This document shows, piece by piece, positions 1-9,634 of a stretch of 64,000 nucleotides of DNA. Within the stretch, counting starts at the first letter, position 1, and each line of letters opens with the position of its first letter. Made by a program: the position numbers and the translations under genes. The notes beneath the pieces were generated by a model. That model had not been told where the DNA came from and ran no database searches. It was given only the letters and a program-made list of their open reading frames with translations. This DNA is from Parachlamydiales bacterium (GTDB taxonomy: Bacteria > Chlamydiota > Chlamydiia > Chlamydiales > Rhabdochlamydiaceae): assembly GCA_963705295.1 (NCBI GenBank), contig OY970065.1, forward strand, positions 320,001-384,000, read 5' to 3'.

Positions 1-144
1 CTCGTGAAATATCTCAAAATCACCCCTTTCTTGCATCATCCGTGTGAAGGCGACAGACATCGAACGAGGAGGAGAAATAAGATAAATAATTTTATTCTCC
101 GAGCAATAAAGCCCAGAAAAGAGCAACAACAAACTCAAAAGCAC
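1..144 (-). CDS. 5' part of a sulfotransferase-like P-loop protein with a signal peptide; runs off the window start; alternative ATG at 201
   Basis: Not in the ORF track. Manual minus-strand translation from GTG 144 gives VLLSLLLLFSGLYCSENKIIYLISPPRSMSVAFTRMMQERGDFEIFHE. The SPPRSMS...RGDFEIFHE part matches the N-terminal PRSxS motif of sulfotransferase-like proteins. Confidence 0.6.
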   Translation of the reverse strand, partial: MLLSLLLLFSGLYCSENKIIYLISPPRSMSVAFTRMMQERGDFEIFHE

Positions 145-320
145 ATGTTTCCCCAAAAAAACTCTGGGTTCATTGAAAAAATAAGAACACTGCTCCCACA
201 TCCACTCAGAATGCCAAGGAGGTTCTTATTTTTGTACAGGTAATCTATTAACTCGAGCCCAAAAAAATGTGACAATCTAACATTTAGCCTGAAAAGAGTG
301 GCAGGTTATTTTTGCCTAAG

Positions 321-348
321 TTGTTTAAAATCTTTTTTCTGATATGAT
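321..348 (+). promoter_or_regulatory. Candidate sigma70/66-type promoter of dinD
   Basis: TTGTTT (321-326), 16-bp spacer, TG-n-TATGAT extended -10 (343-348); GAGG RBS at 371-374. Confidence 0.45.
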
Positions 349-380
349 TTCCTACATTTTACGAATTTTTGAGGATGCAT

Positions 381-1265
381 ATGCAAAAAGATGATGCGAA
401 TAGCCTGATTCCCAGCAAGCTATTATTTGAAGATTTAAAAAAGCTCAATCAGCATGGGATAGAGTATTGGAGCGCAAGAGAACTGCAATCCCTTCTAGGG
501 TATTCTAAGTGGCAACGTTTTGAAAATGCGGTGGAAAAAGCCATCGAGTCGTGCAAACAGTCGGGGAACGATCCAAAGCATCACTTTACCGGCGCCGGTA
601 ACCCAATAACGAATGGAAAAGGGAGAACTCAAGTTGTTGAGGATTACCATCTTTCGCGTTTTGCCTGTTATCTTATTGCTCAAAATGGAGACTCTAGAAA
701 ACCAGAAATTGCCCGTGCTCAGAAGTACTTCGCGATTCAAACTCGACGCCAAGAGCTTACCGATGCAGCCATTGCCGATCTCGAACGTTTAGAGTTGCGC
801 AAACAGGCCTCTCAAGAGTTCAAAGCTCTCTCGGGAGCGGCTCGCGATGCCGGTGTCCAAAATAAGATGTTCGGCATCTTTCATGATGCAGGTTACAAGG
901 GCCTTTATGGAGGACTTGGTTCTGATGCAATCAAGGCTCGCAAAGGGATTGAGCCAAAAGAACAGCTGATGGATCGAATGGATAGGACAGAATTGGCTGC
1001 CAATCAATTTCGAATGACTCAAACACGAGAAAAACTTAAACGTGAAGGCGTCAAGAATCAAAGGAATGCTATTGAGGCTCATGAAACAGTAGGGAAAGAA
1101 GTTCGAGCAGCTATTTCTAAAATCGGAGGGACTCAACCTGAAAATATCCCTCCTGCCGAACACATCAAAAAAGTAGAAAAACGGCTTAAAACTTCCAAAC
1201 CCATTCTAATGCTCGATCCTAAGGATGCAGCTGGCATCGTGGATAATGAAGCAAAAGATCTTTAA
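381..1265 (+). CDS. dinD: DNA damage-inducible protein D (Bro-N domain family)
   Basis: Motifs EYWSARELQSLLGYSKWQRF, DYHLSRFACYLIAQNGD, AQKYFAIQTRRQE, GYKGLYGG, ELAANQFRMTQT; ATG 381 follows GAGG. Confidence 0.9.
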   Translation: MQKDDANSLIPSKLLFEDLKKLNQHGIEYWSARELQSLLGYSKWQRFENAVEKAIESCKQSGNDPKHHFTGAGNPITNGKGRTQVVEDYHLSRFACYLIAQNGDSRKPEIARAQKYFAIQTRRQELTDAAIADLERLELRKQASQEFKALSGAARDAGVQNKMFGIFHDAGYKGLYGGLGSDAIKARKGIEPKEQLMDRMDRTELAANQFRMTQTREKLKREGVKNQRNAIEAHETVGKEVRAAISKIGGTQPENIPPAEHIKKVEKRLKTSKPILMLDPKDAAGIVDNEAKDL

Positions 1266-1383
1266 CTGACGATGAACTGACCGAGGCTCTTTTAGCATGC
1301 ATTCTTCTCGGGTAAACCTTCTTTCTGATATAATTCGTTCTTTTTAAGGGCATTTCAAAAAGTATTCAATTAAAAATATGTTG

Positions 1384-1711
1384 CTAAAGACAACTCATCA
1401 TCCGTGAACTTACATACTGAAAATCAGCGGCTTCCAATTTCAGTTGGTTACAGTTTGTAACCGACTCACCGCCCTCTTTATTGAGCTTATTTTAAGACTT
1501 TCCAATAGTTTCTGGCTGATTGAAAATCAGTTTGTTGAGTCAATACATGGATGATATCTACGATCGAAAAGTACCACGTCTCTGTTGCCTCATCATATAA
1601 GCGGCGTATCTTGTTGTTTTCGAGTGGGATCAATTCAATTTCATAGGATGGATTCCAAATGGTATTTATCAGCTTTCGTAAAGAATTCATTTCAAAGAAA
1701 AGTCCAATCAT
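1384..1711 (-). pseudogene. Frameshifted, truncated Bro-N domain (phage antirepressor-like) gene remnant
   Basis: ORF 1487-1711 has IRRLYDEATETWYFSIVDII...ARNYWKVLK*. The family-like continuation NKLNKEGGESVTNCNQLKLEAAD follows at once in a shifted frame. Confidence 0.75.
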
Positions 1712-1785
1712 TACGACGATAAAATCTAATCAGCCCCCCTAGCTTGATGGCCAACTCAGATACACATAGGGGGCAAATCAAAATA

Positions 1786-2766
1786 CTAGTCACTTTGGAT
1801 CATCGGAAGACGATATCCTTTCATTCGAAAAGGAATTTCGGGCTCCGCTTCTTTTGATTGACATGCCGGATAGATGGTGAATGTGATCTCTAGGATATTT
1901 TCAACATCTGGTGGAAAGGATGCATGAATTGTCTGCGCGAATCTTCCATTACTATTGACGGCAAAACCAAATATATTTCCACCAAAGGGGGTAAGCGGTT
2001 TTTGAACATTTCCTAGAAAATCAAGCTGAGCTTTCTTTTCTGCCCATGGGTTAAAGAATGCGGGAAGGACAAAATTTTGAACCTTGGTTCCCTTAATTTT
2101 ATAAAAATTAAAACCTCCAAAACCTACAGGGTCACAAATTTGCCTTGAGAATCCTTTTGTTTTATTAGCTCCAATATCTAAAACTTGATAAGACCCTGGA
2201 AAAAAGAAAAATCCAAAAACTCTATCCACTAGAATTTCCATGATTTCATGACTCATGGTGATACTCAATGCATCCCCTCTTGTTAAATTTGGAAAAGTAG
2301 GAGCTCCCAGTGATATCATTGCTGCGATTCCGTAAAATTGTTTCACACTTCCAAATGGAAGAATGTCAACTGCTGTTCCTACTGGTACTTTTGGGGCATC
2401 CGGGATCCAAAATGAGGGTTGAGGTCCTGCTGGATTATCATCGGGCTGAACGATATAGTTAGCCGCGATGGTACCCATGAATAATTCTGGATGCTGCACT
2501 TCATCGACTAAATATTCAACAATGACATTATTAGATTTAAGCTTAGGAAATTGCCCACGAGGAAGCAGGGTAATATTCGTAGCCACTCCCCAGTGGGGAG
2601 CTAAATCACGAAGAGTTAGTTCTTGAACAGCTTGAACTGCTCTCTCAACATTTCTACGCGAAATTTTCGTCATTAAATCGACAACGATGGTTTCGGTTAT
2701 CACAGGTTCGGCATATCCCAAGAGAGGAAAAAGAAATGCAATGAGTAGACAAAAAAACTTTTTCAC
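1786..2766 (-). CDS. Secreted hypothetical protein with HExxE motif; possible metal-binding or metallopeptidase-like
   Basis: Signal peptide MKKFFCLLIAFLFPLLGYA; SHEIMEILVD...QICDPV...VQNFVLPAFF; AGGAGG RBS before GTG. Confidence 0.7.
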   Translation of the reverse strand: MKKFFCLLIAFLFPLLGYAEPVITETIVVDLMTKISRRNVERAVQAVQELTLRDLAPHWGVATNITLLPRGQFPKLKSNNVIVEYLVDEVQHPELFMGTIAANYIVQPDDNPAGPQPSFWIPDAPKVPVGTAVDILPFGSVKQFYGIAAMISLGAPTFPNLTRGDALSITMSHEIMEILVDRVFGFFFFPGSYQVLDIGANKTKGFSRQICDPVGFGGFNFYKIKGTKVQNFVLPAFFNPWAEKKAQLDFLGNVQKPLTPFGGNIFGFAVNSNGRFAQTIHASFPPDVENILEITFTIYPACQSKEAEPEIPFRMKGYRLPMIQSD

Positions 2767-2788
2767 AAAATCCTCCTAAATAAAATTT

Positions 2789-2817
2789 AGGATAAATGAT
2801 GGGGGGGGGGTAGTCAA
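2789..2817 (-). promoter_or_regulatory. Promoter with a C10 homopolymer in the -35/-10 spacer
   Basis: Minus strand reads TTGACT-a-CCCCCCCCCC-atcatt-TATCCT; spacer is exactly 17 bp. Confidence 0.65.
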
Positions 2818-2834
2818 GTAATAATTGAAAAACT

Positions 2835-2909
2835 TCTGGGTGAGAGGATTCGAACCTCCGACCCCCAGCACCCCATGCTGGTGCGCTAGCCAAGCTGCGC
2901 TACACCCAG
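2835..2909 (-). tRNA. tRNA-Pro (anticodon GGG); CCA not encoded
   Basis: CTGGGTG acceptor stem, GCGC D-stem, CCAGC-AT-GGG-GT-GCTGG anticodon arm, GGAGG-TTCGAAT-CCTCT T-arm, CACCCAG-A. Confidence 0.96.
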
Positions 2910-2916
2910 GAAAAAA

Positions 2917-3162
2917 TTAAAGACCTTCAAACTTGAAATCTGCTTTTTTGAACTCGTTGACACCGAGACGTGCACATTCTTCGATGATTTTCTCGAGGAC
3001 GTCGCCGGGATGAAGCTCTGCGACCGATAGATCGACGGAGATGGAGGCAGAAAAATTGACCCCTCCACGTAGACCTTTCACCTTGAAATTGGCGGTCATG
3101 GTATCTTTTTTCTTAGAAATATTTTTAAAACGTATTAGATTATTTTCAGCTATGTTATCCAT
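2917..3162 (-). CDS. Small hypothetical protein resembling a conserved chlamydial protein next to tRNA-Pro
   Basis: 81 aa; GGAG RBS; ends 7 bp before the tRNA. Confidence 0.75.
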   Translation of the reverse strand: MDNIAENNLIRFKNISKKKDTMTANFKVKGLRGGVNFSASISVDLSVAELHPGDVLEKIIEECARLGVNEFKKADFKFEGL

Positions 3163-3228
3163 ATGTGCTCCAAAAACCTAGAAATCGTAGAATCTAATAC
3201 CGTTTCTGTCAACGAGATATCGAGAGCT

Positions 3229-3903
3229 ATGAAAATAGAAAAAAGTTGGTACGAAAAACTTCAGGATGAAATAAAAAAGCCGTATATCCACGATTTGAAG
3301 AAATTTCTTGAAGATGAAAAAAAGGAAGGGAAGGTGATTTATCCCCCTGAGCCGCTTATCTTCAATGCGTTTCTCCTGACACCTTTTGATAAGGTTGAGG
3401 TCGTGATTGTGGGTCAAGATCCGTATCACGGTCCTGGACAAGCGCATGGACTTTGCTTTAGTGTTCCTCAAGGAATTAATCCGCCCCCTTCATTAAAAAA
3501 TATTTTTAAAGAAATCGAGAGTGATTTGGCCATCCCTCCTCCCTCTCACGGCTGTTTGACGAGTTGGGCCAAGCAGGGAGTTTTTCTCCTCAATGCAACA
3601 TTGACTGTACGGGCGGGTGAACCGAAATCCCATTATGGAAAAGGGTGGGAGCAGTTTACAGACGCCGTGATCGATCTTTTGGCTGCACGTCCGGATCCGT
3701 TGGTCTTCTTACTCTGGGGTAAATCGGCACAAGAAAAATGTCACCGGGTGATGGGAACACACCACGCGATCTTCCAAGCAGCCCATCCGTCTCCTTATTC
3801 AGCTGACCGGTTTTTAGGTTGTCGACACTTTGTCAAAACCAACGAGTTTTTGAAAAAAAATGGGAAAAAACCGATCGATTGGAATCTATCTTCAAAGTTA
3901 TGA
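3229..3903 (+). CDS. ung: Uracil-DNA glycosylase
   Basis: GQDPYH, GLCFSV, LLNATLTV and HPSP motifs. Confidence 0.97.
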   Translation: MKIEKSWYEKLQDEIKKPYIHDLKKFLEDEKKEGKVIYPPEPLIFNAFLLTPFDKVEVVIVGQDPYHGPGQAHGLCFSVPQGINPPPSLKNIFKEIESDLAIPPPSHGCLTSWAKQGVFLLNATLTVRAGEPKSHYGKGWEQFTDAVIDLLAARPDPLVFLLWGKSAQEKCHRVMGTHHAIFQAAHPSPYSADRFLGCRHFVKTNEFLKKNGKKPIDWNLSSKL

Positions 3904-4033
3904 ACAGTGACTTTTCTCAATGAAAATCACCACTTATCTACAAATCCACACCGCCTAAGGAGTATAAATCTAAAGTATGAATAACTACTAGAAGAGGCGT
4001 GTGGAAAATTGGTGTGTTCTTTAGAATGGGTGG

Positions 4034-4660
4034 ATGCAAGAGCTGACAGCTGAATTCTACTTTTCTCTTGAAGCGTATCTTCATAAAGAAATTTTTGAAG
4101 TGGAATGGGTATGGGACGCTCTTAAACAACTCGAAGAGTACCTCCGCCGTCAAAAGCTTGGAAAAATCGAAGTCGATGTTCCGTCCTCTGTTCATCTGAT
4201 CCATCCTGAGCTCATTTCGATAGGAGAAGGAACGGTGATTGAACCGGGAGCCTATATTCAAGGTCCTGTCGTCATTGGACCCAGAAATATGATACGGCAT
4301 GGAGCTTATATCCGAGGAAATGTGCTCACGGGAGAAAATTGCATCATAGGTCATTCGACAGAGGTGAAACATTCTATTTTTCTAAATCATGCCTCTGCTG
4401 CCCATTTCAATTATGTGGGAGATTCGATTTTGGGGAATCGGGTCAATTTAGGGGCTGGGACAAAACTCGCCAATTATCGGCTCGACCATCAAGATGTCCA
4501 TGTCCGCTTTCAGGGAAAAAAAATACCCACAGGTTTGAAAAAATTGGGAGCTATCATCGGAGATGGTGCGCAACTCGGATGCAATGCCGTTGCCAATCCA
4601 GGAACCTTGATTGCCCCTAAAACTTTTTGCTATCCCTTAACTACAATAAAACAACTATGA
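4034..4660 (+). CDS. Hexapeptide-repeat acetyltransferase (short chlamydial GlmU-like)
   Basis: Left-handed beta-helix repeats, HFNYVGDSILG, NLGAGT, KLGAIIGD. Confidence 0.85.
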   Translation: MQELTAEFYFSLEAYLHKEIFEVEWVWDALKQLEEYLRRQKLGKIEVDVPSSVHLIHPELISIGEGTVIEPGAYIQGPVVIGPRNMIRHGAYIRGNVLTGENCIIGHSTEVKHSIFLNHASAAHFNYVGDSILGNRVNLGAGTKLANYRLDHQDVHVRFQGKKIPTGLKKLGAIIGDGAQLGCNAVANPGTLIAPKTFCYPLTTIKQL

Positions 4661-5562
4661 CAACAACTGAATTTCAAAGAACATCGCATTTCTATTTCCA
4701 CCGAGATAAGATTGAACAAGAGATCGCCAAGAGTATTTTAGGGCTTGGAGAAAAGACCAAGCTGCGCGACGCCTGTGAATATGCTCTGAAAAGCGGCGGG
4801 AAAAGATTTCGGCCTTTGCTCGTGATGTTGATTGCCGAGGGGCTTGGAAATGGACTCAATGTGCTCGATGCGGCTCTTTCTGTTGAGTTTTTCCACACAG
4901 CTTCACTCATTGTCGATGATTTGCCTGCAATGGATAATGAAGAGGAGAGGAGAAATCAGCCGACCGTTCATAAAATCTATGGAGATTCGATCGCTCTTCT
5001 TGCCAGCTACGCTCTCATCTGCGCAGCCTTTGAAAAAATCCATCGGAGCACCATCAAGATGCGTGAGGCTGGATCTCCCTATCAAGAAATGGCCGATTCT
5101 GCAGGTATTTTAGCCCTAGAATATGCAACCCATTGTGCAGGAATTTCTGGAGCAACCGGTGGACAATTTTTCGATCTCTTTCCCCCTAACCTCACCCTAG
5201 AAACCCTCCGGCAGATCATCTACAAGAAAACGGTAACCCTTTTTGAAGTTTCGTTTATTTTCGGTTGGCTTTTTGGTGGCGGCGACCCCTTAAGACTCGA
5301 TCACGTCAAGAAAAGCGCATACCACTTCGGCATGGCTTTCCAAGCCGCCGATGATATGGGAGATTTAGCCCAAGATGAAAAGAATCAGCGGGAAATCAAT
5401 CTCGCCAAACATATCGGAAAAGACCGCGCCTTAGCCGTCTTTGAAGAAGAACTCAAACTCTTCAAAATCACCCTCATGGAGCTCGGCCTCGACACACCCT
5501 CCTTCAAGAAGATGTGCGACATGCTCCATCAGTTAGCCGAGCGGAATTTCTCATCCCTCTAA
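4657..5562 (+). CDS. ispA: Polyprenyl synthetase / geranyltranstransferase
   Basis: GGKRFRP, HTASLIVDDLPAMD, GGQFFD, GMAFQAADD. Confidence 0.92.
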   Translation: MTTTEFQRTSHFYFHRDKIEQEIAKSILGLGEKTKLRDACEYALKSGGKRFRPLLVMLIAEGLGNGLNVLDAALSVEFFHTASLIVDDLPAMDNEEERRNQPTVHKIYGDSIALLASYALICAAFEKIHRSTIKMREAGSPYQEMADSAGILALEYATHCAGISGATGGQFFDLFPPNLTLETLRQIIYKKTVTLFEVSFIFGWLFGGGDPLRLDHVKKSAYHFGMAFQAADDMGDLAQDEKNQREINLAKHIGKDRALAVFEEELKLFKITLMELGLDTPSFKKMCDMLHQLAERNFSSL

Positions 5563-5568
5563 GAAAGT

Positions 5569-6447
5569 ATGAAAATATTACTGACCGGTGCGAATGGATA
5601 TATCGGTTCACAACTTCTTCCTTTGCTGGCACAAAAGAATCATGAAATTTTTGCCTTAGTTCGTGATCGCCGATCTATGGGTGTAATCGATCAAACGCAT
5701 CTCATCGAAGGAGATCTCCTCAACCCTAGAACATTAGAAGCTATTCCTGATGATATCGAGGCTGCTTATTATCTTGTCCATTCTATGAAATCATTCAAGG
5801 GGAACTTTTCTGAACTAGAAGCGACATGTGCCGATAATTTTCAAAAAAGACTCTCGCGAACAAAAGCACGTCAAATTATCTACTTGAGTGGTATTGCCAA
5901 TGAACCTCATTTATCAAAGCATCTTGCTTCACGAAAATATGTCGATGAGATTCTTCGGAAAGGAACTGTTCCTGTAACAACCTTAATGGCAGGTATTATT
6001 CTAGGAAAAGGAAGCGCCTCTTTTCAAATTATTTCTGACCTAGCAGAAAAGCTGCCGATCATGATAGCTCCCAGATGGGTGAATAATCTGACGCAGCCTA
6101 TTGCCATCGAAGATATCCTCGACTATCTTTTGCGGATCTTAAATCATTCAGCTTGTTTAGGTGAGCAATTTGAGATTGGAGGACCTGATATTTTGAGTTA
6201 TAAGGAACTTCTTTTAAAATACGCGCATATCCGCGGCTTGAAACGGACTATCTTCACAGTTCCACTCCTCACTCCACGGCTATCATCATATTGGCTTTAT
6301 TTCGTCACAAGTGCGAGTTTTCCAATCGCTTGTTCCTTAGTGGGCAGTCTAATCAACAACTCTGTATGCAAAGATAATAGAATCAAAAATCTGATTCCGA
6401 AAAACCTTCTTAGTGTAGAAGAAGCTATTAAAAAAGCAATTTCATGA
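5569..6447 (+). CDS. Atypical SDR / NAD(P)-binding oxidoreductase (YbjT-like)
   Basis: TGANGYIG, AAYYLVHSM, SKHLASR, QPIAIED. Confidence 0.85.
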   Translation: MKILLTGANGYIGSQLLPLLAQKNHEIFALVRDRRSMGVIDQTHLIEGDLLNPRTLEAIPDDIEAAYYLVHSMKSFKGNFSELEATCADNFQKRLSRTKARQIIYLSGIANEPHLSKHLASRKYVDEILRKGTVPVTTLMAGIILGKGSASFQIISDLAEKLPIMIAPRWVNNLTQPIAIEDILDYLLRILNHSACLGEQFEIGGPDILSYKELLLKYAHIRGLKRTIFTVPLLTPRLSSYWLYFVTSASFPIACSLVGSLINNSVCKDNRIKNLIPKNLLSVEEAIKKAIS

Positions 6448-6451
6448 AAAC

Positions 6452-7504
6452 TTATACCTCAACAGGTTCGGGGGCGGCTTCAGCGGCTTTGACAACAGGG
6501 ACTTTTTGTGCGGCTGCTAGGGTGATGGCTTTTTCGATCTCGTCGGCGAGTTTGGGGTTTTTCTTGAGCTCGTCGCGGACGGTTTCTTTTCCTTGACCGA
6601 GACGGTTGCCACCGTAGCTAAACCAGGCGCCTTTTTTCTCGATGATGCCGTAGTCGGAGCCAAGATCGATGATCGAGCCGAGGCGGGAGATTCCTTCATT
6701 GAAAAGGATGTCGAACTCGGCGGTTTGGAAAGGGGGTGCGAGTTTATTTTTAACGACTTTCACTCGGACGCGGTTGCCAACTTCAGAATTATCGGCTCCT
6801 TTAATGCCACCAATGCGGCGGATATCCATCCGAATAGAGGAATAGAATTTTAGGGCTTTTCCCCCTGTGGTCGTTTCAGGATTTCCAAACATGACACCGA
6901 TTTTTTCTCGCATCTGGTTAATGAAAATAGCGCACGTGTTGCTCTTGGAGAGGGTTGAGGTGAGTTTGCGGAGGGCTTGCGACATCATCCGAGCCTGAAG
7001 ACCCATGAATTGGTCGCCGATCTCTCCTTCGAGTTCATTTTTGGGAACAAGCGCTGCAACCGAGTCGATAACAATCACATCGACGGCGTTGGAGCGGGCA
7101 AGCATTTCAGCGATATTTAAAGCTTCTTCTCCAGAACTGGGTTGAGAAATCATGAGTTCATCGACATTCACCCCAATTTTTGCAGCATAGCCGGGATCGA
7201 GGGCATGCTCGGCATCGATGTAAGCAGCAAGACCGCCCGTTTTTTGAGCATTCGCAACAATGTGTGTGGCAAGGGTTGATTTTCCTGAAGATTCAGGACC
7301 GTAGATTTCAACGACACGACCACGTGGGACTCCACCGATTCCCAAAGCGACATCGAGTGCCACAGAACCTGTTTTGATGACACTGAATTCGCGGGAAGAA
7401 GAGTGTTGCCCGAGCGTCATGACCGAACCTTCTCCAAATTGTTTTTCAATGAGTGAAATGGCCGCTTCTAATGCTTTCTTTTTTCCAATATCGTGTTGAG
7501 TCAT
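6452..7504 (-). CDS. recA: Recombinase A
   Basis: [33 protein letters not shown]. Confidence 0.99.
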   Translation of the reverse strand: MTQHDIGKKKALEAAISLIEKQFGEGSVMTLGQHSSSREFSVIKTGSVALDVALGIGGVPRGRVVEIYGPESSGKSTLATHIVANAQKTGGLAAYIDAEHALDPGYAAKIGVNVDELMISQPSSGEEALNIAEMLARSNAVDVIVIDSVAALVPKNELEGEIGDQFMGLQARMMSQALRKLTSTLSKSNTCAIFINQMREKIGVMFGNPETTTGGKALKFYSSIRMDIRRIGGIKGADNSEVGNRVRVKVVKNKLAPPFQTAEFDILFNEGISRLGSIIDLGSDYGIIEKKGAWFSYGGNRLGQGKETVRDELKKNPKLADEIEKAITLAAAQKVPVVKAAEAAPEPVEV

Positions 7505-7560
7505 AAATTCTCCTTTTTTATAGCTTGACGGGTAATAGCTTTATCGGTCAAGAAAAAGAA

Positions 7561-8481
7561 ATGAATTTGATTGGAGATATTGGGGGAACGAAAGTTCACC
7601 TCGCGCTGGTTGAAAAAAATCGTTTTGTCAAAGAGGAAATATTTCCGAGTCGTCATTATCGGAACTTGAGCGAGATTATTGGGCAATTTCTTGATGGGAA
7701 GGTTGAAAAAGCATGTCTGGCCGTAGCTGGACCTATTGCAAATCGAAAATGCCACCTCACGAATTTGCCATGGGAAATCGATGCAGACGAATTAGAAAAA
7801 CATCATGGAATTTCTCGCGTGGATCTTTTGAACGACTTAGAAGCCGCCAGTTGGGGCCTTGGGCAATTGAAATCTCAAGATCTAGTGACGTTGAATGAAG
7901 GTCAAAAGCAACCGGGAAATCAGGCTGTAATGGCCATCGGGACAGGGCTTGGCATGTCGGCCCTTTATTGGGACAGCAAAACTCACCACCCTTTTGCTTC
8001 CGAAGGAGGACATGTCGATTTTGCTCCGCGCACCCTCCAAGATAAGCAGCTATGGGATTATTTACATAAAAAGTATGGCCATGTTTCAACAGAGAGAATT
8101 GTCTCTGGACCCGGTCTTGAACATCTCTACTGGTTTATGGTTGAAAAAACGAATTCAAAAGACATTTTCGAAGGGGAAGAAATCCCGAAACTGATTCTCG
8201 AAAGTCAATCGAATCTCTGCCGAGAAGTGGTTTCTTGGTTTGCAGAACTTTGCGGCGCGGCAGCAGGAAATGTCGCCCTTCAGTTTCTGGCAAAAGAAGG
8301 AGTTTATCTGGCAGGAGGAATCCCTCCAAAAATGGTCAAAATTTTGCAGCAAGGGTTTTTCATGCGAGCTTTTCTTGATAAAGGTCGTTTCCACGATCTT
8401 CTCTCCAAAATCCCCATCCATATTGTTCTAAACGAAAAACTGTCCCTACTCGGCGCTGCTGAGTATTGCAAGAAAAATTAG
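7561..8481 (+). CDS. glk: Glucokinase
   Basis: GDIGGT, LLNDLEA, GTGLG, SEGGHVDFAP, ERIVSGPGL, GVYLAGGI. Confidence 0.95.
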   Translation: MNLIGDIGGTKVHLALVEKNRFVKEEIFPSRHYRNLSEIIGQFLDGKVEKACLAVAGPIANRKCHLTNLPWEIDADELEKHHGISRVDLLNDLEAASWGLGQLKSQDLVTLNEGQKQPGNQAVMAIGTGLGMSALYWDSKTHHPFASEGGHVDFAPRTLQDKQLWDYLHKKYGHVSTERIVSGPGLEHLYWFMVEKTNSKDIFEGEEIPKLILESQSNLCREVVSWFAELCGAAAGNVALQFLAKEGVYLAGGIPPKMVKILQQGFFMRAFLDKGRFHDLLSKIPIHIVLNEKLSLLGAAEYCKKN

Positions 8482-9626
8482 TCTTTTTGAAAAAGTTCAA
8501 GGTACGATCGATATTCGTACGTTCTACCGTACTTTTTTTTCGGATCTCTTTTAACAAGAATTTCTAAATCGATAAGTCGATGAATGATTTTTTGTGCGCC
8601 TGCTCTTGTTGTAACGCCTGTCCATTCTTGAATTTTTGCAACATCGACAATGGGTTGACGAAACAAATTGCGTAGTATTTCGATAGCCGTTGTAGCTGCT
8701 GTTTTCCCAAGTTTATGTACTTTTGCCATGTCTTTTTCGCGAATTCTATTGATATCGGAAGCTATTTGAATAGCGGAGGTTGCAGTCGAAATCACGCTTT
8801 CAAGGAAAAAATCAATCCATCCTTCTACATTGGATGGTTCATTATGATAAGCTTGCAAACGGTCATAATATAAATTTTGATATTTCTTAAAAAATTCGGA
8901 AAAATAAAGAAGTGGAAGCTCCAGCAGCTTTTCTTGCCATAAAAAAAGAGTTATCAATAGCCTGCCTGTACGGCCATTTCCATCTGTAAAGGGGTGTATT
9001 GTTTCAAATTGTGCATGGAGTAAAGCAGCTTTAACTAGGGGAGGATAACCATCATTTTTAGAATGGATAAATTTTTCTAAATCTCCAAGTGCTTTTGGTA
9101 TTTCATCCGGAGGAGGAGGAACAAATCGTGCATTGGAAGGAGAAGTGCCGCCGATCCAATTTTGAGTATATCGAAAATCTCCAGGATATGAATGTTGAGT
9201 GGAACGGGCTCCATCCATTAATTCTTGATGCAATTCACGAATAAAACGAACTGACATGGGAAGCGTTTGAAATCGATTCATCCCATAATTCAAAGCGCGA
9301 ATGTAGTATATAATATCATCCACATCGGGTGCCAAGGCTGAGCGAGGGATAATTTCTGCTTCGATCGCGTCGACCATTGTTGCTTGTGTCCCTTCAATTT
9401 GACTCGAAGAAGCGGCTTCTTTTTTAACAAACATTTGAAGAAAGAAATCTTGGTCTGGAAGTAATTGACTAATCCCGTCCAATTTCCCAATCAGACGCAT
9501 CGCTTCACCGAGTTTTTTTTCTAGCTCTGGAGTAAGCAAAATGAAATTTTCTGGAGGAAAATTCAATGGAATAAAAGCCTTATAGCCAGCAGGTTGCAAG
9601 CGAAAATCGCCGAGTTTTTTCCACAT
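8478..9626 (-). CDS. Fic family protein with a C-terminal HTH-like region
   Basis: Canonical HPFTDGNGRTGR motif and SSQIEGT inhibitory-helix-like motif. Confidence 0.92.
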   Translation of the reverse strand: MWKKLGDFRLQPAGYKAFIPLNFPPENFILLTPELEKKLGEAMRLIGKLDGISQLLPDQDFFLQMFVKKEAASSSQIEGTQATMVDAIEAEIIPRSALAPDVDDIIYYIRALNYGMNRFQTLPMSVRFIRELHQELMDGARSTQHSYPGDFRYTQNWIGGTSPSNARFVPPPPDEIPKALGDLEKFIHSKNDGYPPLVKAALLHAQFETIHPFTDGNGRTGRLLITLFLWQEKLLELPLLYFSEFFKKYQNLYYDRLQAYHNEPSNVEGWIDFFLESVISTATSAIQIASDINRIREKDMAKVHKLGKTAATTAIEILRNLFRQPIVDVAKIQEWTGVTTRAGAQKIIHRLIDLEILVKRDPKKKYGRTYEYRSYLELFQKD

Positions 9627-9634
9627 AATTTTTA

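Noticed and set aside
4..243. Plus-strand 79-aa ORF
   Set aside because: It is the shadow of the minus-strand sulfotransferase-like frame and has no recognisable motif.
250..380. LexA (SOS) box upstream of dinD
   Set aside because: No CTG-N10-CAG or other convincing palindrome found.
2654..3068. ORFs 2654-2893 and 2886-3068
   Set aside because: They overlap tRNA-Pro and better-supported genes.
3945..4005. Inverted repeat TCCACACCGCCT / AGGCGTGTGGA, and a similar one at 1733-1774
   Set aside because: Short stems with 30-40-nt loops and no U tract; cannot be distinguished from chance or called terminators.
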